Positions 24,990-37,600 of a stretch of DNA of 64,000 nucleotides are shown here, piece by piece. Made by a program: the position numbers and the translations under genes. The notes beneath the pieces are model-generated. The model had not been told where the DNA came from and searched no databases. It worked only from the letters and a program-made list of their open reading frames with translations. Origin of the DNA: Thalia democratica (taxonomy: Eukaryota). Location: the NCBI GenBank assembly GCA_965202585.1, contig OZ241829.1:37386001-37450000 (forward strand), in the 5' to 3' direction. How positions within the stretch are numbered: position 1 is the first letter of the stretch; every line of letters begins with the position of its first letter.

Positions 24990-26348
24990 GGTCACTTAGG
25001 GAAGATTTTTTGACTCAAAGAGTGGCAACCCTGATAATAGTAGCTCATCAATATTTATATACCATATAAGAGTATTCTTTAACCTTAAATTTAAATTTAC
25101 AGTTATAATGGGCTAAACAACTTGTACTTTGATAAACACAGAAATAATTTAGAAAATATGAATTATTTTTTTAAACCCTTATCAACCCTATTAATGAAAT
25201 TAAGACTTCTAATTAATATGTGCAATTGTAAAAATTGTTTACAGACTTTGGTTGATTTAAAATGTTTCAAATCTGGTGAAGGTATAGTAAATTTACATTA
25301 AACTTAGTTTTAAGGGCACAGTAGAGAGGCGCTTTTTTGTAAACTTGTCTTTTTTTTGCACTTTCACAACCACAAAATTAAGGGCATAGGGGGTGGGTAA
25401 ACACTTTTTTTTGAAATTTGATTTTATTTTATATAGTTTTTACTAAGCTACAAGATGATTTTTACAGATTTTAAAAACTCAAAATAATTTTTGAGATATA
25501 GCCGGTCAAAGTTGGAGGCAACAATAGGATCCTTATGGGTGGCGCAAACTAAAACAGCAAATAACTAGAAATCACTAAAAATTTATCTTCTCCTACGTTT
25601 TTTGAGATAACTACCTCAAATTTTTAGGAAATGTTCCTTGCAATAATTAGAAAATTTTGTTGGAACAAAATTTTTAAAAATTAAAAAAAATTTACAAAAA
25701 AAAAACTGTTCCTCAAAGTTTGAGGTATTTATCTCAAAAAACATAGAAGATAGATTTTTAGTGAAATAGTCTTTTTTTGCTGTTTTAGTTTGCGCCTCCA
25801 ATAAGGATCCTACTGTTGCATCCAACTTTGACCGGCTATATCTCAAAAATTATTTTGAATTTTTAAAATCTGTAAAAATCATCTTGTAGCTTAGTAAAAA
25901 CTATATAAAATAAAATCAAATTTCAAAAAAAGGTGTTTACCCACCCCCTATGCCCTTAATTTTGTGGTTGTGAAAGTGCAAAAAAAAAGACAAGTTTACA
26001 AAAAAGCGCCTCTCTACTGTGCCCTTAAAACTAAGTTTAATGTAAATTTACTACACCTTTACCAGTTTTGAAACATTTTAAAACAACCTAAGTCTATAAA
26101 AAATTATTACAATTGCACATTTTAATTATAAGTCTTAATTTCATTAATAGGGTTGATAAGGGTTTTTAAAAAAAATTCAGATTTTCTAAAATTTTTCTGT
26201 GTTTATCAAAGTACAAGTTGTTTAGCCCATTATTACTGTAAATTTAAATTTAAGGTTAAGGAATACTCTTATATGGTATATAAATATTGATGAGATACTA
26301 TTATCAGGGTTGCCACTCTTTGAGTCAAAAAATCTTCCCTAAGTGACC
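24990..26348. repeat. 1.36-kb inverted repeat (arms ~640 bp, spacer ~80 bp) containing TTAA-flanked GGGCA-ended MITE shells (25314-26024 and 25382-25955)
   Basis: The arms align end to end as reverse complements at roughly 90-95% identity by eye. TTAA|GGGCACAG...CTGTGCCC|TTAA and TTAA|GGGCATAG...CTATGCCC|TTAA. Confidence 0.9.
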
Positions 26349-26736
26349 AGAAACTTCCATGAGTTTCCCTAAGTTTTTATTCAAATCCTTGAAAACTCTA
26401 TTATCTATCAAAAAATTACAATGTTAATTCTAAGAATATTGAAGAACTAGCCGCAAGGCTAAAAAACTTATAAATAAGCACATAAAAATTAATTGTATTA
26501 ACTTTTTTGACCAAATTTTGAAGATTGTTAAACTAAATCTCATTCTAGATCTGAAAAATCATCCCTGAGATTTTCTAAAAAATCTTAAAATTTCTCTGAA
26601 TTTTTTTTAACTAAATCTGTCCTGAGTTTCCCTGAGTTAAAAAAATAAATCAAAACTCCTTGAGTCTCCCTAAGATTTTCTATAACTTGAAAATTCCCTG
26701 AGTTTCCCTGAATTCCCTGAGTGTGTGGCAATCCTG
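26305..26736. mobile_element. CAGGGTTGCC-family MITE (ccctgag subfamily)
   Basis: TIR CAGGGTTGCCAC / GTGGCAATCCTG; perfect 6-bp TSD TATTAT. An older, degraded copy lies at ~24410-24752. Confidence 0.8.
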
Positions 26737-29584
26737 TATTATGCTACTTTAAAAGTGTTTGATAATAATAAAAATGTTACAACTACTTTTTCTTTTTAAA
26801 TGACAAATTTTCAGATATGATCTAAATTTCACTATTTAATTATTTAATTTTCAAATTAACAGGTTTTTAACAGATTTTTGCTCAAAACCAGGTTTTTTTT
26901 CAAAATTTCTCTAATTCTAGGTTTTTCCAGGTTTTTCTCTCTATTTGTCAAATTCCAGGTATTTTCAGGTCTCAAGGCTTTTAGGCATTTCAGTTAATTT
27001 CTAATTTTTCCACTACTATCAAACAATTAATGGTAAATTTTTATCATTTTAGTTTGATGTGTGAATACTATAAAACAGTACTTGAGTTATAACAATCTAA
27101 GTTTAAGAGTCTCATAACAGTTATTTATGAAAAACTTGATGGTGTAGGAAACCTGAAGTGTCTGAGACATAAACCAAGAAAAAGTTTATACAAAAAAGGC
27201 AGTAAAAACTATTCAACAGAATACTATTTACTATATTTTGTAAGAAATTGTATTCAAAAATTTTCAGAGTTTTAAGAAGATATAGAAAAATTTTGTGAAG
27301 GAACTGGCAAGTTTTTTTTTCAAAAATAAGCAAAAGTAGACAATTTTATTTATTGGTCACAAAAATTTTATTCCTTTGTATTTATCTAAAGCTAACAATT
27401 TATTTTAAATATTACATGGAATATTCCTAAAAATTTTGGTTCTCAAACTCAAAAGTAAAACAATTTTTTAATTTAACATAATCAAATTAATTGAGAAACT
27501 TGACAACTAAGACTTTGTGACCTTTATTTTAGGTTTATTTTGAAAAATCTTCAATACCTTGATTTTTTTAATTAAATTAGTAATTAAATGGTTAAAAGTA
27601 ATTGTTATTTATTAAACTTGAAATCTGAAATACACTTAATTAATACTTTGATTTTTCATTTTAGAACCTATGGTATTTTTGAAAAAAAATATTAGACCTT
27701 TTCTATACCAGTAGATTAAAAAGCTACCACTAGATTTAAAATAATTTTCATTTGTAACCAAATATTGTCAATCTTAAATTTAGTAGGCTCACCATAACAT
27801 TAAGCAAAAAAGACAGCCTGAGTGACCAAAAACCAGCTTGATGGGGTGGCTCTATGATGTAAGAATTTTCTACCAGTACTTCTTTATTTATCTTATGTAT
27901 TTTAAATCCAAACTTTGTCCTTTTCAGTGGAAAATTTACTTAAAAGTATAAAAATGTTTTTAAATTTCAATTCATTATCAATGGACCACTGTAATGCTAC
28001 TTAAAACTTGATGATATTTTAAACAATATAACTATGAACAAATCAATTTCATATTGATTTTTTAAGAAATTGTGAAAACAGATACAAGAAATTGTAGGTG
28101 CTAGTATATATTTCAAATAAAACACAATGTTTGTGTAATTCAAAATTTGGCCAGATCCTTTTTTTATTATTAATTTTTTTTTAAGTATAAAGTAAAGTCA
28201 TTACAATAGAAAGTTTACAGTTTGAATTGAAATAATATTCAACAAATAGCTTGAAAAATTAGTTAACACCAGCTGTGCCAGAGTAAAAACACGCCATTTT
28301 TACTAAAATTTCAAACCATCAGTAAATCTATAAAATAAAATTTTAACTCAAGGGCCTTGAGTCAAGGCTGTACTAGCAAAAGTAACAAAGATATGTAAGC
28401 TTTTAGAAGATATGAATTAAATATTTAACTTCAGTTTTGAAAATTTAAGATGAATTGTTAGATAATACAACAAAATAAAATTAAAAGCAACAAATTGTTT
28501 AATAAAACTTTTTTTTTTGAACTAATGTCGTTTCTCCATGTTAAACTATTAGCATAGTTTTACCGTTTTTTCTTAGTATTCAGTAGAGGTTTCATACCAA
28601 ATTTATATCTACAACTAGGCACACAATCACTTTAACATTAAACTATTAGTTAAAAGAAGCAAAAGTTTATTAACTGTTCAGAACTTTTTATTATTAAAAC
28701 TCTGACATTTCTACTGTTCAGTAAAAAAACATTGATAAAAAATTCTTATAAAAATCAAACATTACAATTTAAAAAAAACTTATTATGAAAACATTTTTTT
28801 AAGTACCTGAATAATTTTTTTTTATCGTAAAAGTTTCTCGCATTTTGATTGCGAACTAAAAGATTTTATTTAAAACTAAAGTTTACTTGCTAACTCAGTA
28901 GTTAGAATAAATTTTTCACTTAAAATTGTTTATTTATAACTATAATTAAAAATAAAATTCGCTTTGAATTAAAGTACAGCTGGTCCATAGACCAAGTTTT
29001 TTGGCGCATATCTTGTCATTTAATTAATGTATATGTATCATATAAAGAGGACAGTAATAAAAGAAAGTAATAAGTTAAATAACAATACTAAATTGTAATA
29101 CATTTAAAATAATGATAACTAGTTTTTAATTAAACTTCAATGGAATTTTATTTAAATGTGAACTTATTTTGCAATAAACATTTGTTTTAACAGTTTTTGT
29201 CAAAAAATCTTTAAATCCTCTTAAAACGCGTAAAATGTGTTTTTGTTATGATTGCTACATGTACAAAAATTTGCAGCTAAAAACCTGATTTTTTAAGGTC
29301 TCATACAATTTACATAAGGGTTGTTTTCAGTGTTGTTTATTTATGTGGTTCTCCACGCTGTAAAATATATCATTCGGGTTCTCAAGGGTCGGGGCAACAG
29401 ATGCACCCTTATGCCCATCTATAAGAAATTACAACCAAATAGACAGTTTTCCAGAAGCATCGTTTATAAGACATAACACATTTGTACAAAATTAATAGAA
29501 GTAAATTAGTATTCTGTTAGGGGGGAGGCGTAGGGAAAATAATTATTATTAGAAATAGAAAAATAAGAGAATCAGTAGTTAATA

Positions 29585-30142
29585 CTGTTTATTGAATGAA
29601 AAAAAAGCGCTCAAACATTTGGTCCAACGACCTGGTGTACGAAAAAAACCTTTCGGTTATCAAGTCATACACCAGGATACAGTTTGAAGTCATGTCCAGG
29701 ACAAAATTAAGTAGTTAATTTAGATAAGATTTTTACTATAAAAAAATATTTATTTTCTACCTTTTATTTTGTTTAATGGAAAGTTATTGAGTTTACTGAT
29801 ATTTATAGCATTAAATTAAATCTAAGTTTTAAGCAAAAATGTTCAACCCTCCGACACAATACCACATGCTGTGGTAATTTGTTCCACATTGTCTTTGCTC
29901 TGTGAAAAAATTAACCATGACACTGACTGTTGTTAAAATAATGTATACATTTTCTTTTTCTTTTAATTCCTTTTAACTGATAATTATAATGGGAAAAAAT
30001 AAAAAATGAATATAAAAAACCTTGTCCTGGGCATGATGTTAAACTGTTCTGGTGTATGACTTGATAACCGAAAGGTTTTTCGTACACCAGGTCCTTGGAC
30101 TAAACCTTTTGAGCGTATTTTTTTGTCGTTCAATAAACAATA
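29585..30142. repeat. Inverted pair of the ~130-bp hairpin-bearing dispersed repeat (cctggtgta...tacaccagg)
   Basis: 29585-29705 and 30015-30142 are reverse complements. Solo copies at ~17125-17235, 33020-33105, 52395-52535, 61015-61135 and 62185-62240. Confidence 0.75.
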
Positions 30143-30169
30143 TATTTGCCATTAATAATTTAAAAAGAG

Positions 30170-31190
30170 TTAAAAAATTAAACTCCCATCTTCAATATTA
30201 TAGAGATTTCAATTCAATTTTAATTAATCTATCATTATATGATGTATTGGATATTGTAAAACGATTACATATAAAACGGGTAAAATTACTTCGCACAGAC
30301 TCAATTTTATTAATGTCTTTTTTAATTGGGTGACCAAATTTGAGTATTGTATTCAAAGTAATGACAAACTTATATTTTAAATATTTTTGACAGAATAATA
30401 GCTTAATTAGTTTTAATAATTTTTGATATTTGACAAGATGAAATTTGTGCATTTTTATATAAATAATTTCTGTGTATATTCCATGTTAAGTTTTCAGAGA
30501 TGTATATTCCTAAATCTTTAAAAACTTTAAATCGTGGTATCAAAATGTTATTGACTAATAGGTCAATCGGGTAAGGTTTATTTTTCTTTATAATTAGAAT
30601 TTTACATTTGTTAGGATTTAAACTAGTTTTCTTGTTTTTAACCATTTGTAGATATTATTTAACTGTAAAAAAATATTTGACTCACTAAAGATTTTTGCAT
30701 CACCTGCAAATAAACTCATATCACTTTGAATATCAGTGTTTTGATAATTATCGGTTATGTAAATTAAAAAAAGGGGACCAAATACTCCACCTTGTAGTAC
30801 TCCACTGTATAATGTAAAAGGGTCTGATAGCGTATCATTAATGATTGATCTTTGTGGTATCTTAATTAAAAAATATTGAATCAATTTACTATGGATTTAT
30901 CTAGTCAATACTGATTCAAAATTTTTAATAATCGTTTGTGTGATACTGAATCGAAGGCTTTTTTAATACCAGTTTATACCACTTTAATATATTCGTTTTT
31001 GAGACAATGAACTATCCATGAATGTAAGCATTGAAACAGTTGAATATTTGACGGGCGGTTAGGGAAAAAACCAAATTGCTTATTAGATAGTAAGTTATAG
31101 TCTAAAAGGTGATTAAGAATCTTTATAGATATAATGTGTTCAAAAGTTCGAGAGTTGCCACTAAATAAATATCTTTCTTGGTTGACTTTA
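30170..31190 (-). mobile_element. Degenerate CR1/L2 (jockey-group) non-LTR retrotransposon RT remnant
   Basis: Broken frames give LLSNKQFGFFPNR, QRSIINDTLSD...SGVLQGGVFGPLFLIYITD, SLFAGDAKIF (FADD-like), LNPNKCKIL and DLGIYISENLTWNIH. Confidence 0.85.
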
Positions 31191-31262
31191 TTCACAAACT
31201 AATTAGAAGAATGCTAAAGTCTGTAAACAAAACATAATAAAAACTAGTTAAATACTTATACA

Positions 31263-33650
31263 TCTCGCCCAAGATTTCATCTACAAAAGGGATAAAACGA
31301 TAGATAAATTTACCTAGCAAAATAAGATTATTTAAAGTTGTAAAATTAAACACAGTTTTCAAGTCTAAAAATCAACGAAATTTAACTCAAAAGACAAAAA
31401 CATTGAAATGTTACAATTAATTTAGTTTTTTATTAAATATAAACATTAATACAAACTGCAGTTTAAACAAGTTTATAGGTACCACTTTCGGCATCGTAGA
31501 TCCTTCTCCGGCTTCTTACACGACCGGAATGATGCAGTTCATTCTTTGGCGACACTCCAGCGTCAACAGAATCTCTTTCAGATAAAGGATCCAAACGATA
31601 CAATACACCATTTCTCTGCTTTATAGAGGATTGGCTTGCACCCATGCAATTTGAAGGTACCCTCAAGTGAAAGGAAGGTATCTGGATTTGCGTTGCAAAT
31701 TTTGCTATACTTATCTCCAGCTTCGTCACTTATTACCTTCTGGGAGCGAAGAACATCAAAATTTTCCTTGAAATCTCTTTTCTCATCATTACCAGAAAAG
31801 ACAAACTTATGTAGTGGTATGTTTGTTTTTTTCAGATAAGGGATACTGCTTAGAGATTTGCAACCAGGAGGGTTAAATTTTCTTAGAAACTTGCGATTTC
31901 GAACACCTAAGCGACCTGATCCATCAACCTTGACAACATATTGGTGATATTCTTTTAGTTCCACTACTACTCCGCTTTTACTCTACTTGTTAGGAAAGTT
32001 ACCTGTTTGGTTTTGTATCATGACATGATCACCGCAATTCAGTGGTGGAAATGATTTTGTTTTCTCACTTAATCTATCGAGTTACTTAACATAACAAGAC
32101 CTATGAGCTTCTTCCTTTTTACTCCATGCGTACCGCCACATATTTGAGATCTGCGGGTTATTGTAAGCCATAACACACTTTCTGATTTAAGGTAATAAGT
32201 CCAAATTTCTTCACAAAGGGATCTGTGCAGGGGATAGTTTGCATACCGGTTCAGGTGTAGTTCTCTGCGTAAGTAAAGCTTGTACCATTCTGCTATTTTA
32301 TAGTTCACCTATTTGGACCAACGTTCTTCATTTATAATAGCTTAGTTGATTTAACTTCTAGTTTCGCTCTACCGTTTGAATAGGATGATATGCAGATGAC
32401 ATAAAATGGTGTAAACCCCATCGTTTTAGAAAATTCTTGGTAACTTTTGCAGAAAACTCTGGAACACCATCTGAAGATATTTCAACTTGAACACCAAAAG
32501 TAACAAAAATACGACGCAAAGCTTTACATAACCAGACTCATTTGCACCTAATTTTATTCTTTTTTGTTCTATCTTTAAAAGGAACTTTTGGAATCAACGG
32601 TTCGATAGGAGGTAGGTAAGGATTGCTTTGGGATTTGCACGGTTTCGTCGCCATCCAGTGTGTAGAAGTTCGTTTTTCTGTCCCTGTACCTCCTTTTTTT
32701 CTTCGCTATTTTTTGCTCAAACAGATTTCTTCTGCGACCTCGGCCACGAAGGTTATCAAAACTTTGTGTAAATAATCCACCGACTAGAAGTGCATTTAAC
32801 TCATCAGCACATTTGTTATCACTTTGATACACTTTTTTACGGGACTTTATTAAGCATTGTTTACAGACAGAACATTTAATATACTTATTAATTTTATTGC
32901 TCCAAACAAACTTATCAGTTGTTTAATTAAACATGTTACAAGTCATTTTACAAATTGATTTTTGTGTGGTTTTTTTTAAGGATTTGTATGAGAAAACTGA
33001 GGCCGTAATATTATTATTGTTTATTGAACGATAAAAAAGCGCACAAAACTTTGGTCTAAGGACCTGGTGTTCAAAGAAACCATTCGGTTTACGAGTCGTA
33101 CACCTAACTAGCGGATTGTGACATTGCATACCTTGCATGTCATCTCCTTTGTTTCAATAAAGCCAATAATGTCATTGACATTTTTCTCATCTAGACTTCC
33201 CAATTCTAGAACCTCTTTGCGGATATCCTTATCTGCTAGACCAGTCACCATAGCATCTTTTAAAATTATGTTTGTGAAGTCTATTACTTGATTACACCCA
33301 TCTTTTGGGCAAGTGCAGGTGTAAGAGTATATACTGGCTTTTCCTTTTAAACGGGCAGCAAATAATCTTGTGTTTTAAGTTAAATGCTGTCTTGTACTAA
33401 GAAAGTCTGACCGTAGGACAAAAACTGAAACAGTAATGACTGCTAGCTGCTTGATCTTGCCTAAAAGCTCTTGCTCACTTAAATTTACTACGTCTGTATG
33501 TCTTTAAAATGACATCGCCTAGATCTTTATCATAGCACTGGTAGAGTTAACGACGTTTTTCTGACTCAGTCATCTCTGTACTGTCTTTAAAAATTGTCTA
33601 TTTTTGCAGATACTAGCTCCATATCTCTTCATTACAATATCTCCCTATTT
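31263..33650 (-). mobile_element. Internally deleted Ty3/Gypsy LTR retrotransposon remnant (gag + integrase)
   Basis: gag: LLGKIKQLAV..RLFAARLKGKAS..KDAMVTGLADKDIRKEVL..FIETKEM. Integrase core: RRIFVTFGVQVEISSDGVPEFSAKVTKNFLKRWG..SSAYHPISNGRA. C-terminus: GDHVMIQNQTG..EYHQYVVKVDGSGRLGVRNRKFLRKF. PPT-like GGGCGAGA|TG at ~31263. RT and RNase H are not seen. Confidence 0.85.
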
Positions 33651-34675
33651 GAGGACTGTTATTATCGTTCGTAAATTTTTAGTGCAAAATTCTATAATTA
33701 AAAGTTTAAGAGTGGCTACATCCCTATTCTATTTAATAAAATAAATCACAAACTGTACATCTAAATTTATTTCCTCCACGTAGGGATAGCAAGGTCAGCC
33801 TGTAAGTAGAATTTTGCTTTCCAAACAGAAACGTCAGGCTCGAATCGTAGTTTCTAGCTTTAAAAAGTTAAAATTAAGCTTTCTTGTAAAGATAAATGTG
33901 TCCTTAATTCGACTTATAGTATACAGCATTTAATTTGCTATTAAGCATAAAAAAAGCTACAAACTTCCAAAAAAGAACTTTATTTTTGATATGTCCGGCC
34001 GGCAAAAGAGTTTTATGATTAATGTTGCCCTTAAATTAGAAAAGTTTCATCCTGCCAATCTTGGCTGTTAACAAAATATTAAGAAACTAGTTTATCAAAA
34101 ATGTAGTTTCCTTCAGCTAAAATGTTAGTTACACAAAACTTAAAGATATTGTATAAGGGTATGTTTTTAAAAAGCTGTGATAGGTAGCAATAAAAAAACA
34201 ATACCAAAACACTGTATGTTTTCAACTTTTTTACTTAACGAAGAACATTTGTATGGTGTAAAAAAAGAATTAGACTTTCTATGTTAGCATGCAGTGTAGA
34301 CATAAGTTCTAACTAGAATGCTGCAATAAGTTATAATTAGAATTATGCAGTATTTATTCCTTTACAGTGAAATATGTTTAAATATTAATTGTTTGCATAA
34401 ATAAGTACAGCTAACATTGTGATTTACATTTCAAAAGCAAGCTGTTGCTTTTTAGCATTCAAATATCAAAATGTTTTATAAATAAATAATATACAGTTTT
34501 TGCAAGAATTTTACATTATATGTTCAATTGAGTCTGACTACAATAATTACGATCAATTTAGAATAAATTACGAACCAACAAAAGTTTATTTTCACAGTGA
34601 ATTATTCACAAAAAAGTTGCATATATGACAAAGCAATACGTATATGATTTACAATATGAAGTAGTTGAAGTAATC

Positions 34676-37600
34676 TCAATATGATGCGCTGTGTTGTTGG
34701 CCGGAGGACTTCCTGGGGAGTGGCTTCTTGTATGCGTTCCAAATTCGCACCGTTTGGTCGTACGAGCCCGACATGTACTGTTAAAGCAAGACTATCAATC
34801 ACTTTAGTTTTATATTAATTTTAAACTTGTAACTTTAAAATGACGGGTAAAAATTGAAAAAAAAATGCAATTTGTAAAAGAATATTTATAGCTTAAAGTT
34901 TGTATCTGATGTACATGATTCAGTATACATGAATAAGTGTCTGTTAGTTGAGTTATAGTAGGGCTTTACACTGTATAAAACAAAAACTCAAAACTAATTT
35001 TCAAAACCTGATTTCTTTCTACAACATGCTCTATACATCTGATATTTTCAGTATGTCCGTTGTTTACTTGCACTAAATTTGTTGTATCCATGTCGTATAC
35101 TCTGTCATAAAGTTGATGTATAACAGTTAAGTATTCAAAAGGAGTATGTATATATACATATTTAGGAATATATAAAATATCATCAATGAATAACTGTAAC
35201 ATAATCCAAAAAAGTTAATAATAAAAAATTAATTTTAAGATAAATCATAGAAAGGTAAAACTGTTGATAAAAGTTCTTAAACATTACTAAAATACTAATA
35301 AAAAATAGAACAATAAAGTTTTTTAGATAAATCAGTATAAATAAACTAGATAAACAAATTAAAAAAAAACACTTTTATGTTTAACATATATTTCTGGAAG
35401 AAATTTACAAAATAAATTGTAGCTAAATCAAATAAAAAATCACAACAAACTTGATTTTATGTCCTACGGCAGCCACGATGAACCCGTTGCTTTTATCGAT
35501 GCAAATTGCCTGAACAATTCCCTGGGTGCCAAAGCATTCTTCACAAACTGAACCATCTTCAGACTTGAAAAGAAAAAGAAAACAAATTACAAAATATTAG
35601 AATTCTGAAAACAAATGTTTTAAAACAGCAACTTTTTTTTCGCTAAATAAAAGTTTCTTAATTTTTCCATTCAAAATAGCAAGGACGTAGCGTGAAAAAA
35701 AATAAACAAAGTAAAAAGTATTAAAGTTGATTAAATTAAAAGATACAAAAAATAATTAACCATAGAAGTTAAGCAAAAAAAAATTTTTGACTTTTATTTT
35801 GGAATAAAGTATATTAAAAAATTAACGGGTATAAAATAGATATTAGTTGAGGTCGGCAGCCTTTTATAAGTAATAAGCCAGATTTGCTAGTATAAGTCTT
35901 ATATAAAACTAAAGATATCATTTACAGAAATTTGTAGCATAATGATAAATTAATAAGCAGTACTATATTCTGAAAAGAAAAGTTAAGAGCACATTTTTAA
36001 TACATAAGTTCAGTTTAGTTTGATTTAAACATGGTGTTTTAAATCTAAAAAATACGTTAGGGCCAGATATTTTTTCTTGGCTGGCCGTAGTTTTTTGACC
36101 ACTGGTTTATAACTCTATTTATACAGAATATGTACTATTTAAAAATACGTAGCCTCAAAAAAGTAAGGTAAAAATAAGTTGATATTAGAGTAAGTCAAAA
36201 TATTTGGTGGTTTCATAAAATTTTCTTAAACGATAATGTTTTTTTAACCTTATCAATCTAACTAATTTTCATTAAAAGTTTTCAATTTCAATGTCAGTAA
36301 AATATTTTTTATATATAAACTGTAGGACCATATCTTGTTTTCATAAGCTAGTTATTTTATAAAAAACAAATATTACTAGTAAAAAATAACCCGAACTTAT
36401 TAAGAACTACTTACTCAAGCACCTAAATGGTTATTCAAAAAACTAATTTCAATCAAACCCAAATTCTTATGGTTTGGTCTTCACTTCCTGAAATCCATTT
36501 CCCATACAAATCGTTCCACTTGAGTGCGTTCACGTCACGTTGATGACCTTCCATCGTTCCACATAAGTGCATTTCGCTTCCGTCCAATGAAAACTTGCGA
36601 ATGTAAACTACGTGGTCCGATGACACGTACGCTATTTCGTTTCTGATTAAAAAAATTACAAAATAACAAAGTAGTTATAATTAACTTGTTATTAGTAATC
36701 ATTCACAAACTCTGAATACAATTGTGATTGTTATGCAACCTTACAAACTTTATATAAAAACACAGTCTTATAGCTAAACATGAATATGGAAAAAAAAAGG
36801 TACATAATTGTAAAACTTTGTGACTGTTAGCAAAAAAAAAGGTTTTAAATAAAGCGAAAGTTAAAAGAAAAATAGTAAAAATAAAGTTAAACTGAAATAA
36901 ACAATTTCTAACAACGTTCGACCTCTTAGCGCAATATTCAAGGCACATCACCACTCCATTGCAAGCTGCCATCGCATCTGTTTCGTTGTCATGGGAGCTT
37001 GTTGGAGTCTTTGCGACGTCATTGGAAGGGTTGTCGCTGGTGTCGTCACCAGGAGTTTTGGTACCGCTAGGTGGCTTCCTGAGCTGGTCGTGGTAATGAC
37101 TGCTTCCGTCGCTAGATAAACTCCATACCATTAATTTTCTGTCCCAACCACCAGATACCTTTGTAAATTATTATTATTTCTAATGTTTTTTTTTGGAAAA
37201 TAAGTGAGATATAACACATTTAACTTCTTTTAAAATAAATTTTTACTCTAATGTAAAATTATGAAAGCATGTTTTAGAACTCATTCAGCTTAGGTGAATA
37301 TCTTTAATTCTAAAGATTACAAGTGTTTACCAAAAATGTTGAGTTGTATAGCGACGAGTTGTTAATGACACACATTGCGGAAACACAGCTGTTGTGACCA
37401 ATCAAAACGTTCTTACATATCAATCCGGCAACCCTATTGGTCACGCTGTTGCCAACCTGTTCTGCTGTCAGGTTGAACTCAACTGACTGTTATAATGAGT
37501 AGAAGATATAGTAGTAAACAAAAGAAAATATATTACTAAAACTAATGCAAGGATTAATTGTTGCACATAACAAAATCACATTGAAAACTATTGAAAATAA

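Noticed and set aside
25616-25846. 76-aa ORF inside the palindrome
   Set aside because: It lies in a MITE arm/spacer, with no transposase motifs.
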